From Candidatus Magasanikiibacteriota bacterium (GTDB taxonomy: Bacteria; Patescibacteriota; Patescibacteriia; Magasanikbacterales; UBA922), in assembly GCA_041665025.1 (NCBI GenBank), contig JBAYJP010000002.1, positions 128,691 through 192,690 of the forward strand: DNA of 64,000 nt. Reading direction: 5' to 3'. Below, in pieces: positions 26,277 through 36,197 of the stretch. The notes beneath the pieces were generated by a model. It was given only the letters and a program-made list of their open reading frames with translations, made no database searches and was not told the DNA's origin. Made by a program: the position numbers and the translations under genes. Within the stretch, counting starts at the first letter, position 1. Each line of letters opens with the position of its first letter.

Positions 26277-26672
26277 ATGAATATTAATTTTTTTCCGCAC
26301 AAAAAAAGATTTTCTCTCGATGAACCGCACGAATACCGTTCAGCTCAATCATTGCGCATTATTAATTTTTTGGTTATTGGTGCGACGATTGCCATACTTG
26401 GAGTTAGTGCCTGGTTTATTTATTCATACATATATCTTACTATTGGAAAAGTCGAAAATATTATGCTCATAAATACTGCACCACACTTTGAACCTATCAA
26501 TTTCAAATCATACGACGATGCCATGGATGCATGGAATAACAAAAATGAATTACCTGTGCAAGAAATCATTGTAGATCCATTTTATCCTCAGACGTCAACT
26601 ACTACCAGTACAGCGACTACAACCCCAGATATACCGCCTATTCTTCCAACTGGCACAGCTATTTCGTTATGA
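26277..26672 (+). CDS. Hypothetical bitopic membrane protein in the pilus operon
   Basis: 131 aa, one TM helix, Thr-rich C-terminus. Overlaps the next gene by 4 nt. Confidence 0.45.
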   Translation: MNINFFPHKKRFSLDEPHEYRSAQSLRIINFLVIGATIAILGVSAWFIYSYIYLTIGKVENIMLINTAPHFEPINFKSYDDAMDAWNNKNELPVQEIIVDPFYPQTSTTTSTATTTPDIPPILPTGTAISL

Positions 26673-27814
26673 AATATCTATTTCAACTTGGCCATCAACC
26701 ACACATCTCTACTGCTGAACTCGATGCAGTTTTTTTGCATAAGCACATACGCACGTCGGCACATACGCACGTCGGCACATACTTGATCCTAGAGAGCAAT
26801 GACTTAAGAGATTCTCAAAAACTTTTAGAACAGCTCGGGGGAACAATTAAAATAGGAAAAGAAATTGACTTACACAAGTCTGCAGAACAGTCCATTTCTG
26901 ATTTTTTACATGAAAAAACTGAAGGAAAAATTCATTTCTCTATCTCGGGTGATAATGCAAAGACAGCTGCTCTTGCAGTAAAGAAAAACCTAAAATCATT
27001 GGGAAAATCAGTGCGCTTTATTGAGCCAAAAAACACAGCCACCATCCTACACAATAATTTAATTGAGAAAAAAGGAGATTTTACCATTGTGGGCAAGGAT
27101 GTTTTTGTCACCGTGGCAATTCAGGATATAGAAGAATTTACTAAGCGTGATTTTGACCGTCCCGGCAGTGATAGTTTTTCTGGTATGATTCCACCAAAAC
27201 TTGCACGCATCATGATAAATCTCGCACAAGTAGATCACAACTCAATAATTTTAGATCCATTTTGTGGTTCAGGTACTGTTCTCACCGAAGCGCTATCAAT
27301 GGGATACACGAATCTCATTGGTTCTGACATTTCCGAAAAAGCCATCGCAGATACCAAAAAAAATATTGAGTGGCTACAAAGTAATTTCAAATCCTTAGAC
27401 CCGGACTTAGGGTTTCAAATTTCAAATTTCAAGTTATTTATCTCACCGGCCCAGTCCATCAACAAAATTATCTCCAAGCCTGGTATCGAGGCTATCATTA
27501 CAGAGCCCTACCTCGGCAAACCCCTCAAAGGTAATGAAACTCGATCTCAACTTGAAAAACAAGCAGAGGAGCTTAAACAGCTTTATATAGACTCTTTTAA
27601 AAGCTTTAAACAGGCTCTCAAACTAAAAGGCGTAATAGTATTTATTTTCCCTAAATTTAAATACAAAGACGAATGGATATCTACATTTCCCCGTGAGCAA
27701 TTAAAACAAGAAGGCTTTAGTATACAACCACTCAATAAAGACAACGAATCACTCCTATATCACCGGCCCAAACAGCACCTAGGAAGAGAGATACATAGAC
27801 TAATAAAAAAATAG
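26669..27814 (+). CDS. Class I SAM-dependent methyltransferase (RlmL/Trm11-like N-methyltransferase)
   Basis: Motif I ILDPFCGSGTVLTEA. IITEPYLGK resembles the (D/N)PPY motif IV. Contains a 16-nt x2 tandem repeat at 26741-26776. Confidence 0.65.
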   Translation: MKYLFQLGHQPHISTAELDAVFLHKHIRTSAHTHVGTYLILESNDLRDSQKLLEQLGGTIKIGKEIDLHKSAEQSISDFLHEKTEGKIHFSISGDNAKTAALAVKKNLKSLGKSVRFIEPKNTATILHNNLIEKKGDFTIVGKDVFVTVAIQDIEEFTKRDFDRPGSDSFSGMIPPKLARIMINLAQVDHNSIILDPFCGSGTVLTEALSMGYTNLIGSDISEKAIADTKKNIEWLQSNFKSLDPDLGFQISNFKLFISPAQSINKIISKPGIEAIITEPYLGKPLKGNETRSQLEKQAEELKQLYIDSFKSFKQALKLKGVIVFIFPKFKYKDEWISTFPREQLKQEGFSIQPLNKDNESLLYHRPKQHLGREIHRLIKK

Positions 27815-27848
27815 CACTTTACCTAGTGCTATTTTTTATCCCAGAGTT

Positions 27849-28616
27849 CTATTCAATGGGCAAAGAATCCTCCCATACCGAATCCCACATTGCTTTCATA
27901 CTTTGACTAAAGGATTTATTATGCACCAAAAAACCAAACATCTCCGGTAAAAAATTAATAAAGATAACCATATCATCGACAATGGTAATCATGACACTAT
28001 TTTTTCCTCTCAACTTTTCTGGCGCTAGACGTACGTTCCATAACATCTTTTTAAATTCAGAAATTGTCTTATCTGCAGGTTTATCGTGCAATATACTATA
28101 ATTCACAATTCCCTTTCTTACTCTTTTTTTTAAGAAATTTCTGATATACACATTCTCTTCTGTTTCCATGTACTTAAATAGAACCCCAAAAGTATAAATA
28201 ACTTTCGACGTGGACAAAAATATCTTCTCCATTAAGTTTTTTAGATTTTCCAAACCATAATAGTACTCTATATATGGCGCATGTTGTATATCATCAAAAA
28301 CCGATGGGAAAGAGGAAATAGACTCCTGAATTTTTTCTTTCAAACCAACAATCTCTTCTTGTTTTCTTTCGAGTATTGAAACAAGCTGTTGTGGGGGTTG
28401 CGACTTAAACTTTTCCACCTTAGAGCCTGCAGAAATCATTAGCCCTTTATCAACGAGCAACCTAAGAGTGTGATAGACGCTTGAACGTTTTAACCCTGCC
28501 GCTTGAGCTACCTGTCCTGCGGTCAAATAATTCTTTTGCATTGCCTTTAAATATACCTTTGTCTCAACCTCTGATAAACCAAAAGATTGTAGTAATTGTG
28601 TAATTTCCATATACAA
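27849..28616 (-). CDS. TrmB-like transcriptional regulator (paralogue 2 of 3)
   Basis: LQSFGLSEVETKVYLKAMQKNYLTAGQVAQAAGLKRSSVYHTLRLLVDKGLM. Confidence 0.7.
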   Translation of the reverse strand: MYMEITQLLQSFGLSEVETKVYLKAMQKNYLTAGQVAQAAGLKRSSVYHTLRLLVDKGLMISAGSKVEKFKSQPPQQLVSILERKQEEIVGLKEKIQESISSFPSVFDDIQHAPYIEYYYGLENLKNLMEKIFLSTSKVIYTFGVLFKYMETEENVYIRNFLKKRVRKGIVNYSILHDKPADKTISEFKKMLWNVRLAPEKLRGKNSVMITIVDDMVIFINFLPEMFGFLVHNKSFSQSMKAMWDSVWEDSLPIE

Positions 28617-28812
28617 CCATATTATAAACTAATCATATATTTGTCAACTATCATCAACAAATATTTTTTTATTTTAAAATAATACCAAATAATTTATACA
28701 AAAAATGAATAGCACACAACTAGACATAAAATTCAAAAAGGCTAATATATAAAATGAAAATCCTGGCTCTGACCTAATCGATGAGACATGCGCGGCACAA
28801 AAAAGGAGAAAA

Positions 28813-29165
28813 TGATGATCGGATTTCCCGAGGAAGACTTCTCAGAGAGAGCTACTCGAAGTTCGATAACACTCCGAGACAAAGAGATGTGGGAAAGGGT
28901 AATCAAACGGAACTCAAGCGACTTCTTCTCTGCGACCGTTGTCTGTTTTGCAGCTGTCTGGGCGGAACAGATGGAAGCGTGTATCGCTATAGGAGAAAAT
29001 GTTGAACAGTGCGCCCGCAAAGCCAAAGAAATAGCTATGGAAATGAGTCCTTTTTTCTCTGGTATGACTGGGCAGATGGTCGGGTATGCAGCAAATATTC
29101 TGGTAGGCGTCTGGATTCACGGGCAGGAGCTTAGGTCTTGGTACAAGGGTGAATACCAGGTCTGA
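28813..29165 (+). CDS. Hypothetical protein (moderately GC-enriched)
   Basis: RBS AAGGAGAAA then ATGATG. 117 aa. No recognised family. Confidence 0.4.
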
Positions 29166-29316
29166 GATGAGCCATAAAAAGGAGGAAAGGAGGGGATCAA
29201 CTCTCGTACGAGTGAGAACAAAAAATCATGCCATATTGGCTGGTTTTTTGTTTATAAATTGTTATGTGATACGTGCGCTATGATACGTATAAAATTGTAT
29301 ACACTATCCTACACAT

Positions 29317-29362
29317 GTGGATAACCTTGTGGAAAATAGACTATTACTGTGGATATCTTTGA
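29317..29362. promoter_or_regulatory. Cluster of three DnaA-box-like 9-mers
   Basis: TGTGGATAA (perfect reverse complement of TTATCCACA), TGTGGAAAA and TGTGGATAT within 45 bp. Confidence 0.45.
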
Positions 29363-29452
29363 CCTTACAGATGTATAAACTAATCTATACAAATATACTT
29401 TTTGGCTTAAATTAGCCAATTTTAAATTAAAAAATAACAAAAAACCTTACAG

Positions 29453-29481
29453 TTGACACGTTTTTCAAATCATGCTATAAT
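29453..29481 (+). promoter_or_regulatory. Perfect consensus sigma70 promoter of the ncRNA candidate
   Basis: TTGACA-N17-TATAAT. Confidence 0.65.
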
Positions 29482-29487
29482 GAATAT

Positions 29488-29823
29488 GTGATCATTTCAT
29501 TGTCCCGATACTATCGGGACCTACACCCTTCTTAACTGCTCTCCATATAATGTAGCTTCGGCTACATTCAAAAACAAACATCAAACGAACATAGGTGACC
29601 TCACCCATTACAGATTCGCAGTACCCCTGCTGATCTGCCCGAGGCTTCCACCATTGAGCGGTAGAGGGTTTTGATCCCAGGTTTTCCTGGCCTTTCTCAA
29701 GCATTTGAGTACTATAGTATATACTTCTATAGTATTGAAACGCTTGAGGAAAACCGGACTCTGGGATTAATAAGAGGCTTCCAGCCACCTTATTACCCAG
29801 GGCGAACGGACGCCTCTTTTTTT
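29488..29823 (+). ncRNA. Candidate approximately 335-nt highly structured non-coding RNA (family unassigned)
   Basis: Bounded by the consensus promoter and a GAGGC..GCCTC hairpin plus T7 run. Hairpins include GTCCCGA-TACTA-TCGGGAC, AATGTAGC-UUCG-GCTACATT (UUCG tetraloop), CCAGG-TTTT-CCTGG, CTCAAGC..GCTTGAG and CTGGGATTAATAAG..CTTATTACCCAG. Repeated GAGGCTTCCA motif. The only ORF is antisense and has no RBS. Confidence 0.5.
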
Positions 29824-30005
29824 ATTCTCCAAACTTACGGGTAATCCTGATTTACTGATGAAAATGCCCAAAATCCGTAAATTACGGATAACCTGTAAGA
29901 TGTTATTAACAACATTATTCACACATAGCCCCTCTGAGCTTGATAAAATGATTCAATTCACATATACTTACTGTGTTTTTTATGAATTTGAGGCTAAATA
30001 ATTGT

Positions 30006-30401
30006 ATGACTAAACAAGTAATACATCTCAGTCAGGAATTTCTCGACAAAGTAAAAACGATCTTGTTGGAAGAAAAAACCAAACTTGAGAACGAATTAAA
30101 CAAATTTACAGAAAAAAATCCTCATACTACAGAGGAGGATTTTGATGCAGTCTATCCTGACTATGGAGACAAAAGCGATGAAAACGCCCAAGAAATTACT
30201 GATTTCCTGGCAAACAAACCGCTTGAAATGAATTTGGAAAAGACGTTACGAGATATTAACAAAGCTCTTGAGAGTATCCAAAAGGGCACATATGGTACTT
30301 GCAAGTATTGCAAAGAGCCAATTGATGAGAAACGCTTAATTGCCCGACCAACTTCAAGTGCATGCATTAGTTGCAAAAAAACACTCACTCAAGAAGCTTA
30401 A
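30006..30401 (+). CDS. DksA/TraR-family C4 zinc-finger protein
   Basis: CKYCKEPIDEKRLIARPTSSACISCKK. Confidence 0.75.
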   Translation: MTKQVIHLSQEFLDKVKTILLEEKTKLENELNKFTEKNPHTTEEDFDAVYPDYGDKSDENAQEITDFLANKPLEMNLEKTLRDINKALESIQKGTYGTCKYCKEPIDEKRLIARPTSSACISCKKTLTQEA

Positions 30402-30429
30402 ACCAAGTTTTCTAAATAGAAAACTTATT

Positions 30430-30897
30430 ATGAACATATCAAAAACCCACATTATAACAGCTATTGTTACCAGTGGGTTTTTTTTAGTATGTGACCAATA
30501 TCTAAAATTTATTGCAAGCCGCGATCCGATGCGTTCCTATTACATATGGAAATCCTGGCTTGGATGGGAATATTTCGAGAATCCTGGGATTGCATTTGGC
30601 ATTCCTGTTCCTTCGTCTATTGTAATTAGTATAACCCCTATTATTATCGCCGGAATTTTATGGTGGCTGTATTTTAAAAATAAATGCACGATCTCAATGT
30701 ATGGAGGAATTTGTATAATTGCAGGCGCTTTTTCCAATTTTATTGATAGGATATTTTATTCTATTACTATTGATTACATACGAATATTGACCTCTCTGAT
30801 AAACTTGGCAGATGTTCTTATTATTGTTGGCGCGGGACTTATTGTGATAGATCATTGGGAAAGTGAGGCGACGAAGATTAAAAGATTAAAAGATTAA
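30430..30897 (+). CDS. lspA: Lipoprotein signal peptidase II
   Basis: Conserved ENPGIAFGI and FSNFIDR motifs, 4 TM helices. Confidence 0.8.
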   Translation: MNISKTHIITAIVTSGFFLVCDQYLKFIASRDPMRSYYIWKSWLGWEYFENPGIAFGIPVPSSIVISITPIIIAGILWWLYFKNKCTISMYGGICIIAGAFSNFIDRIFYSITIDYIRILTSLINLADVLIIVGAGLIVIDHWESEATKIKRLKD

Positions 30898-31038
30898 AAG
30901 ATTACGACGTTTTGAATCTCGCGTACAAATCTTTCAATCTTTTAATCTTGAATTTTTCTTCCAAGTGGCTCGGATATACGTTTAAGCTCGTTCGAAATAA
31001 AACAATAAAACTTACATTTAACAACCACCCGCCTGTCT

Positions 31039-32562
31039 ATGTTCTCCAAAATTAACTCCGCCGCAATGGTGGGTCTTGATTGTACGCCTATTACAGTGGA
31101 GGTGGATGTATCTCCGCGCTGGCCTGGATACCAAATTGTTGGGCTTCCAGATACTGCCATACAAGAAGCAAAACAACGTATTCGTACAGCCTGGAAAAAT
31201 ACAGATCTCCAATTTCCTCACAATGCAGGCATTGTCATAAACTTAGCTCCGGCTGACGTACGTAAAGAAGGTTCTGCCTATGACCTGCCTATTGCGGTTG
31301 GTATGTATATGGCAACCGAAGGAAAAGAGTTTTCTCTTCTCACCCATGCAATGTTTGTTGGTGAATTAGCATTGGATGGTAGCCTACGCCACACAAACGG
31401 CATACTCCCACTTGCCATATTTGCTTCACAACACGGGTATACTGAATTATTTGTGCCAGCCGTTAATGCAAAAGAGGCATCTATTATCCCCCATGTCACG
31501 GTATACCCAGCAGAATCTTTCAAATCTATTATCAACCACATAAATGGTACAGAACTCATACTAGCCATGAAGCCTGTTTCTGTAGCTGATTTTTTTGAGG
31601 CCACGACTTATGAAATGGATATGGCATATGTCAAAGGACAAGAATTTGTAAAGCGTGCTCTAGAAATTGCGGCAAGCGGAGCACACAATGTGTTATTGTC
31701 TGGTCCCCCTGGATCAGGAAAGACACTCCTTGCACGCACATTGCCGTCCATACTTCCACAAATGACTACGGAAGAATCAATTGAGGTAACCAAAATATAT
31801 TCTGTGGCAGGCTTGCTCCCCACAGAATTGCCCCTCGTAACCGAACGGCCCTTTAGATCACCTCACCATAGCGCTTCAGGAGTTGCACTTGTCGGAGGCG
31901 GAGCATTCCCCAAGCCAGGTGAAATATCTCTTGCACACAGAGGTGTGTTATTTCTTGATGAATTCCCTGAATTTCCACGCCAAGTGCTTGAAAATCTTCG
32001 GCAACCTCTCGAAGATGGCATAGTGACAATATCGCGTGCACAAGGAACAATCACCTTCCCTGCCCGCTTCACACTTATCGCAAGTCAAAATCCATGTCCC
32101 TGTGGGTATGCAAGCGACCCAGAGCGAACATGTTCATGCTCTCAGATGATGATTGAACGATACAAGAAAAAAATTAGTGGTCCCCTGCTTGACCGTATTG
32201 ATTTGCATGTGGAAGTGCCCCGTGTTCAATTTGAAAAACTTTCCCAGTCAGAGCTTGCTGAAAGTTCACAAAATATCCGTGCTCGAGTTGAACAAGCGCG
32301 CGAACGCCAGCAACAACGATTCAAAAATTCTCCGTACACGACAAATAGCGAAATGAAAAATAAAGATATACGCGAATTTTGCAAACTGCGCGACGATTCA
32401 GTTGACTTATTGCGTCAAGCAGTTACACATATGCACTTGTCAGCACGTGCATATCACCGCATTTTAAAATTAGCGCGAACCATCGCAGATCTTGCCTCAA
32501 AAGATGATATTGCGACTGAACATATTGCTGAAGCATTACAATACAGAGCAAAAAGTGAATAA
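31039..32562 (+). CDS. comM: ComM/YifB Mg-chelatase-like AAA+ protein
   Basis: N-terminal Lon-like domain, Walker A GPPGSGKT, and the C-terminal YifB-specific region. Confidence 0.85.
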   Translation: MFSKINSAAMVGLDCTPITVEVDVSPRWPGYQIVGLPDTAIQEAKQRIRTAWKNTDLQFPHNAGIVINLAPADVRKEGSAYDLPIAVGMYMATEGKEFSLLTHAMFVGELALDGSLRHTNGILPLAIFASQHGYTELFVPAVNAKEASIIPHVTVYPAESFKSIINHINGTELILAMKPVSVADFFEATTYEMDMAYVKGQEFVKRALEIAASGAHNVLLSGPPGSGKTLLARTLPSILPQMTTEESIEVTKIYSVAGLLPTELPLVTERPFRSPHHSASGVALVGGGAFPKPGEISLAHRGVLFLDEFPEFPRQVLENLRQPLEDGIVTISRAQGTITFPARFTLIASQNPCPCGYASDPERTCSCSQMMIERYKKKISGPLLDRIDLHVEVPRVQFEKLSQSELAESSQNIRARVEQARERQQQRFKNSPYTTNSEMKNKDIREFCKLRDDSVDLLRQAVTHMHLSARAYHRILKLARTIADLASKDDIATEHIAEALQYRAKSE

Positions 32563-32641
32563 ATAAAAAGACAAAATTTCCATTTCTTCCCACGCGACAA
32601 ACTAGAATATTTTTTAATGATTATTTTTTAATATAAATATT

Positions 32642-33832
32642 ATGAGTTTACCAAAAAATGTTTGGCGCTGGTCTTTCTACGACTTTGCCAATTCTAGTTA
32701 TGTTTTGATATTTCAAGCATTTTTGCTCCCCGCGTTCTTTTCAACTGTTTTATTCACAAAAGGATACAGTTTAAGTGCTTGGGGTATTGCAAATGGCATT
32801 TCCACAGCCATTGGAATACTGCTGGCAATTATACTGGGGAAATATGCCGATAAACATAGCCGTTTAAAGATTTTTAAGTGGGTTATATTAACTTGTTTTG
32901 CAGGAATGGCGACCCTGTCCTTATTTGTTGGAATATTCGCCAGTGGTGTATTTTATCTTTTTATTTTTACTAACTGTTTGTTTATTGCTTCCTTGTCACT
33001 ATCGGATTCAATTTTGCCCTATGTCTCAAATAAAAATAATTCCTACGAATATAGCGGTTTCGCATGGGGTTTTGGGTATTTAGGTGGAATTGCAAGTTTA
33101 GTCATAGCCGTGATACTACAAAAATTATTTTCAGAATATTCTCCAATAGTTTTTTTGAGTGTAGCAATTTTTTATTTATGTTTTTCGCTTTATGCACTAA
33201 ATGGGCTAAAAGATACACCGCTAAATGACCCAAAAGATAAAAATAAAAAAGATATTATCTCCAAAAAACAAAAAATATTTTTATTGATCGGGTACTGGTT
33301 AATCAGTGAAAGCATTACAGTAATTATATTGTTCTTTTCTATTTTTGCTGCCAAAGAATTAGGTTTTTCCACTTTCAAAATTGGAATCAGCCTATTGTTC
33401 GTGCAATTAATCGGCTTTCCCGCAACTTGGCTCGGCGGTAAATTGACTAAACGATTTAACAACGTCTCATTGTTAGGATTATCTATTTTGTTGTGGGGGA
33501 TAGTTATTGCCTTGATGATTACTAACCCAAGTTTAGTAACATTTGCCTTCGTTGTATTTTTTACTGGCTTAACAATCGGTAACAGTCAATCCTTTCTGCG
33601 TGCACAATATTCTACTGTTATAAATAAAAGTGAATCTGGATACCAATTTGGAATTTATGCCTTTATTTCTCAGGCTGCCGCTTCTATTGGTCCAATTATT
33701 TATGGACTTGCTAGTGACTCTCTTGGCAGTCAAAAAGTGCCTATGTTATTTCTTTTTGCATTAATGGTTATCGGATTTGTAATTATATGGAAAATAATGA
33801 ATAAAGTTAAACCAAAAATAGAAATGATATAA
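32642..33832 (+). CDS. MFS-type transporter
   Basis: 12 predicted TM helices with a GKYADK loop motif. Confidence 0.65.
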   Translation: MSLPKNVWRWSFYDFANSSYVLIFQAFLLPAFFSTVLFTKGYSLSAWGIANGISTAIGILLAIILGKYADKHSRLKIFKWVILTCFAGMATLSLFVGIFASGVFYLFIFTNCLFIASLSLSDSILPYVSNKNNSYEYSGFAWGFGYLGGIASLVIAVILQKLFSEYSPIVFLSVAIFYLCFSLYALNGLKDTPLNDPKDKNKKDIISKKQKIFLLIGYWLISESITVIILFFSIFAAKELGFSTFKIGISLLFVQLIGFPATWLGGKLTKRFNNVSLLGLSILLWGIVIALMITNPSLVTFAFVVFFTGLTIGNSQSFLRAQYSTVINKSESGYQFGIYAFISQAAASIGPIIYGLASDSLGSQKVPMLFLFALMVIGFVIIWKIMNKVKPKIEMI

Positions 33833-33981
33833 AAATACAATAAAATCTTGACTACAAGAGATCGACTCTCAAATTTTGAGATTAAACTTAAGATAAAATT
33901 TATTTAATATAAAGTTGAAAACAAAAAAAACATCCTAATTCCTCTGGATGTTTTTTAGTTGACATGTGTTACGTGAAAACA

Positions 33982-35424
33982 TTATTTCCTTATATACGCA
34001 AGCGGATTTTGCCTTTTGCCATTTACCTGAATTTCAAAGTGCAGATGCGGACCAGTCGAGCGTCCCGTAGACCCCATAAGCGCGATTGATTGACCTTGCT
34101 CTACCGCATCACCCACAGAAACCAACAGCTGAGATGCATGCGCATAAATAGTACTAACCCCTGCTCCGTTATTAAGTTGTACATAACATCCATACCCAAT
34201 CGCATTATTACACTCAGACTTTACTACCGTACCACTCTTGGTCGCATATATGGCAGTACCTTTGGGTCCGGCAATATCCAGACCACCATGTCTCCAGCTA
34301 AAATACTGCGTAATATGAGATGCTGCTGTTGGCCATAAATAACCAGAACCAGCCGGAGCGGAAACAGATGGGGGCGGAGCCGAAACTTTATCAAATGAAG
34401 TTGGTTTTTGTGCAATATATTGAGGCACTACCACTGGCTGTGGTTTTACACCGCCAGGAATAATTAGTTCTTCACCCATGACAATATCGGCTCCATCTTC
34501 TTGTAATTTATTATATGAAATAATTTCTTCTGATTTTGCATCATACTTCCGTGCTATCTTTGTAATAGTGTCTCCTTTTGCTATGGTGTGTACGAGTCCA
34601 TCCACGGGTAAAATCTTTAGTTTATCTCCTGGGCGTATGTATGATCTCACCGTCAAATTATTGGCCCACAAAATTGTTTCTATACTTACGCCATAATTAT
34701 TTGCAATTTGACCTATCACATCTCCAGACTGTACTTCATAATATTCAACTTCAGTTCTTTGTGTATGAGTCAATGAATCCCCTTCTGTTGCCACACCTAC
34801 ATCAATATTTGACATGATCATTGGTTTTTCCAAAGCAGTGCCGCCCATACTAACCCCCACAAGTTCAGTGGATAATCCTGTGCCCCTTTCTTTTCCTTGT
34901 TGTATATTTGTAGAAACAGATCCTTCTTTCCAAAGCGAAATAGAAACATCACTTTGAGAAACATTTTGAACGGTTTCTTCTTCCAAAACAAAATCTTGAT
35001 TCCCCGGACCAACAATGGAATATAAAAGCGTGTTTCTCCCAGGTACATCCTCATACGATTTTGAATATAATCTGCTGTGGGGAAACATGATAACCAATAC
35101 CAGAATAAAAAGAACTACCTGCAATGTAGCTCTGCGTCCAAAAAATTCCAGCTTGCTTTCTTTACGAGAAAAAAATATATGTTTTGAGATAAACTTTTTA
35201 GTATAAAAAAAGAACTTATATAAAATAAAACCTACTGATCTCTGATATCCATCATTTACCCTTAAAATCCCCTGCCATACAAATTTAAAAAACCAAAAAA
35301 GGCCACGTTTAGCATAGATTAGGCCTTTCAATAGATGAAGGAGGACTTGGTACTTATTTACTGACATAATATGGGGTCTGTAAAAGCCATTATATCCCAA
35401 ATCTAATCTTTTTTCAACTACCAA
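33982..35424 (-). CDS. LysM-domain M23 family metallopeptidase (peptidoglycan hydrolase)
   Basis: Two LysM repeats (YEVQSGDVIGQIANNYGVS; VHTIAKGDTITKIARKYD). M23 motifs HxxxD and HLHFEI. Confidence 0.8.
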   Translation of the reverse strand: MVVEKRLDLGYNGFYRPHIMSVNKYQVLLHLLKGLIYAKRGLFWFFKFVWQGILRVNDGYQRSVGFILYKFFFYTKKFISKHIFFSRKESKLEFFGRRATLQVVLFILVLVIMFPHSRLYSKSYEDVPGRNTLLYSIVGPGNQDFVLEEETVQNVSQSDVSISLWKEGSVSTNIQQGKERGTGLSTELVGVSMGGTALEKPMIMSNIDVGVATEGDSLTHTQRTEVEYYEVQSGDVIGQIANNYGVSIETILWANNLTVRSYIRPGDKLKILPVDGLVHTIAKGDTITKIARKYDAKSEEIISYNKLQEDGADIVMGEELIIPGGVKPQPVVVPQYIAQKPTSFDKVSAPPPSVSAPAGSGYLWPTAASHITQYFSWRHGGLDIAGPKGTAIYATKSGTVVKSECNNAIGYGCYVQLNNGAGVSTIYAHASQLLVSVGDAVEQGQSIALMGSTGRSTGPHLHFEIQVNGKRQNPLAYIRK

Positions 35425-35478
35425 TTACATCTTGAAAACAAAGAATGTATGTGATATCATGTGTGTATTCTGTTGTCC

Positions 35479-35553
35479 TGGTACGGTAGCCAAGTGGTAA
35501 GGCAGGAGTCTGCAAAACTCCCATCGCGGGTTCGATTCCCACCCGTACCTCCC
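35479..35553 (+). tRNA. tRNA-Cys (GCA)
   Basis: Acceptor GGTACGG/CCGTACC. Anticodon arm GGAGT-CTGCAAA-ACTCC. T-loop TTCGATT. Confidence 0.8.
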
Positions 35554-35599
35554 AGGCTTTGCTCAGCTGTCTGTCGGCAGGCAGACGCCGGGCAGGTAT

Positions 35600-35637
35600 A
35601 AAAAACTCCCCACAATACATGTAAGGGAGTTTTTTTA
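35600..35637 (+). terminator. Bidirectional intrinsic terminator
   Basis: AAAAAACTCCC-CACAATACATGTAA-GGGAGTTTTTTT. Confidence 0.7.
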
Positions 35638-35648
35638 TAAACGTTATA

Positions 35649-36197
35649 TTATCTGTAGAAGATTTCCATTTTTACCTTTTTAACGCCAAATTGCTTTGCT
35701 TCAGGATACGAAGGCATCCAAATATCCCCTCTGGCATATCCATAACGGGCATTCATGCGATCACGAACCGTAAATACCTTGTCCCCATAGAGTTCTGGAA
35801 ACTTAACCTTTGTCCCAAGAGGCAAGAAATTAGCAGCAATCGTATCTTGCAAACCTAATTCTTCATAATTTACACATAAATTGAAAGAAGAGTCAGCAGG
35901 AATACAAGGTGTTGAGTCTGTTTGAGCAACGTCACTTGAATAAGCAGTCATAACAGCCCAAATAACCATACGAGGGCTTTCCTCATTTTCTGGGAAAGAA
36001 AGTGAGACGTCAGTAACGGCATTGACTTCTTCGGTGTTTCTGCCAAGCAAAAAATCAATAGAATTAGACAAGAAATTGCCTTTGGCCTCTACTGTCTGAG
36101 GAACCATATTAGAGGTAATAAAAACACCAATAAGCACAAGCGAAGAAATCCCCTTAAACAAGCTATAGTGTATATATTTTTTGATAGAAAATGACAT
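35649..36197 (-). CDS. Secreted 3D-domain (MltA-like) protein
   Basis: Signal/TM N-terminus. C-terminal FTVRDRMNARYG..GDIWMP is the 3D domain signature. Confidence 0.65.
   Translation of the reverse strand: MSFSIKKYIHYSLFKGISSLVLIGVFITSNMVPQTVEAKGNFLSNSIDFLLGRNTEEVNAVTDVSLSFPENEESPRMVIWAVMTAYSSDVAQTDSTPCIPADSSFNLCVNYEELGLQDTIAANFLPLGTKVKFPELYGDKVFTVRDRMNARYGYARGDIWMPSYPEAKQFGVKKVKMEIFYR

Noticed and set aside
29492-29788. 98-aa minus-strand ORF across the structured region
   Set aside because: It lies antisense to a unit with a consensus promoter and terminator on the plus strand. It has no RBS and runs through multiple strong hairpins. It was treated as a spurious ORF over an ncRNA.
29488-29823. 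Identification of the structured ncRNA as tmRNA, RNase P RNA, 6S or SRP RNA
   Set aside because: It lacks the tRNA-like acceptor/T-arm end and tag ORF of tmRNA. It lacks the P4 GUCCGGG/CCCGGCU pairing and the AGGGUGAAA motif of RNase P RNA. It lacks the AGGUCCGGAAGG SRP domain-IV motif. Only a weak resemblance to RNase P CR-I was seen, so the family is left unassigned.
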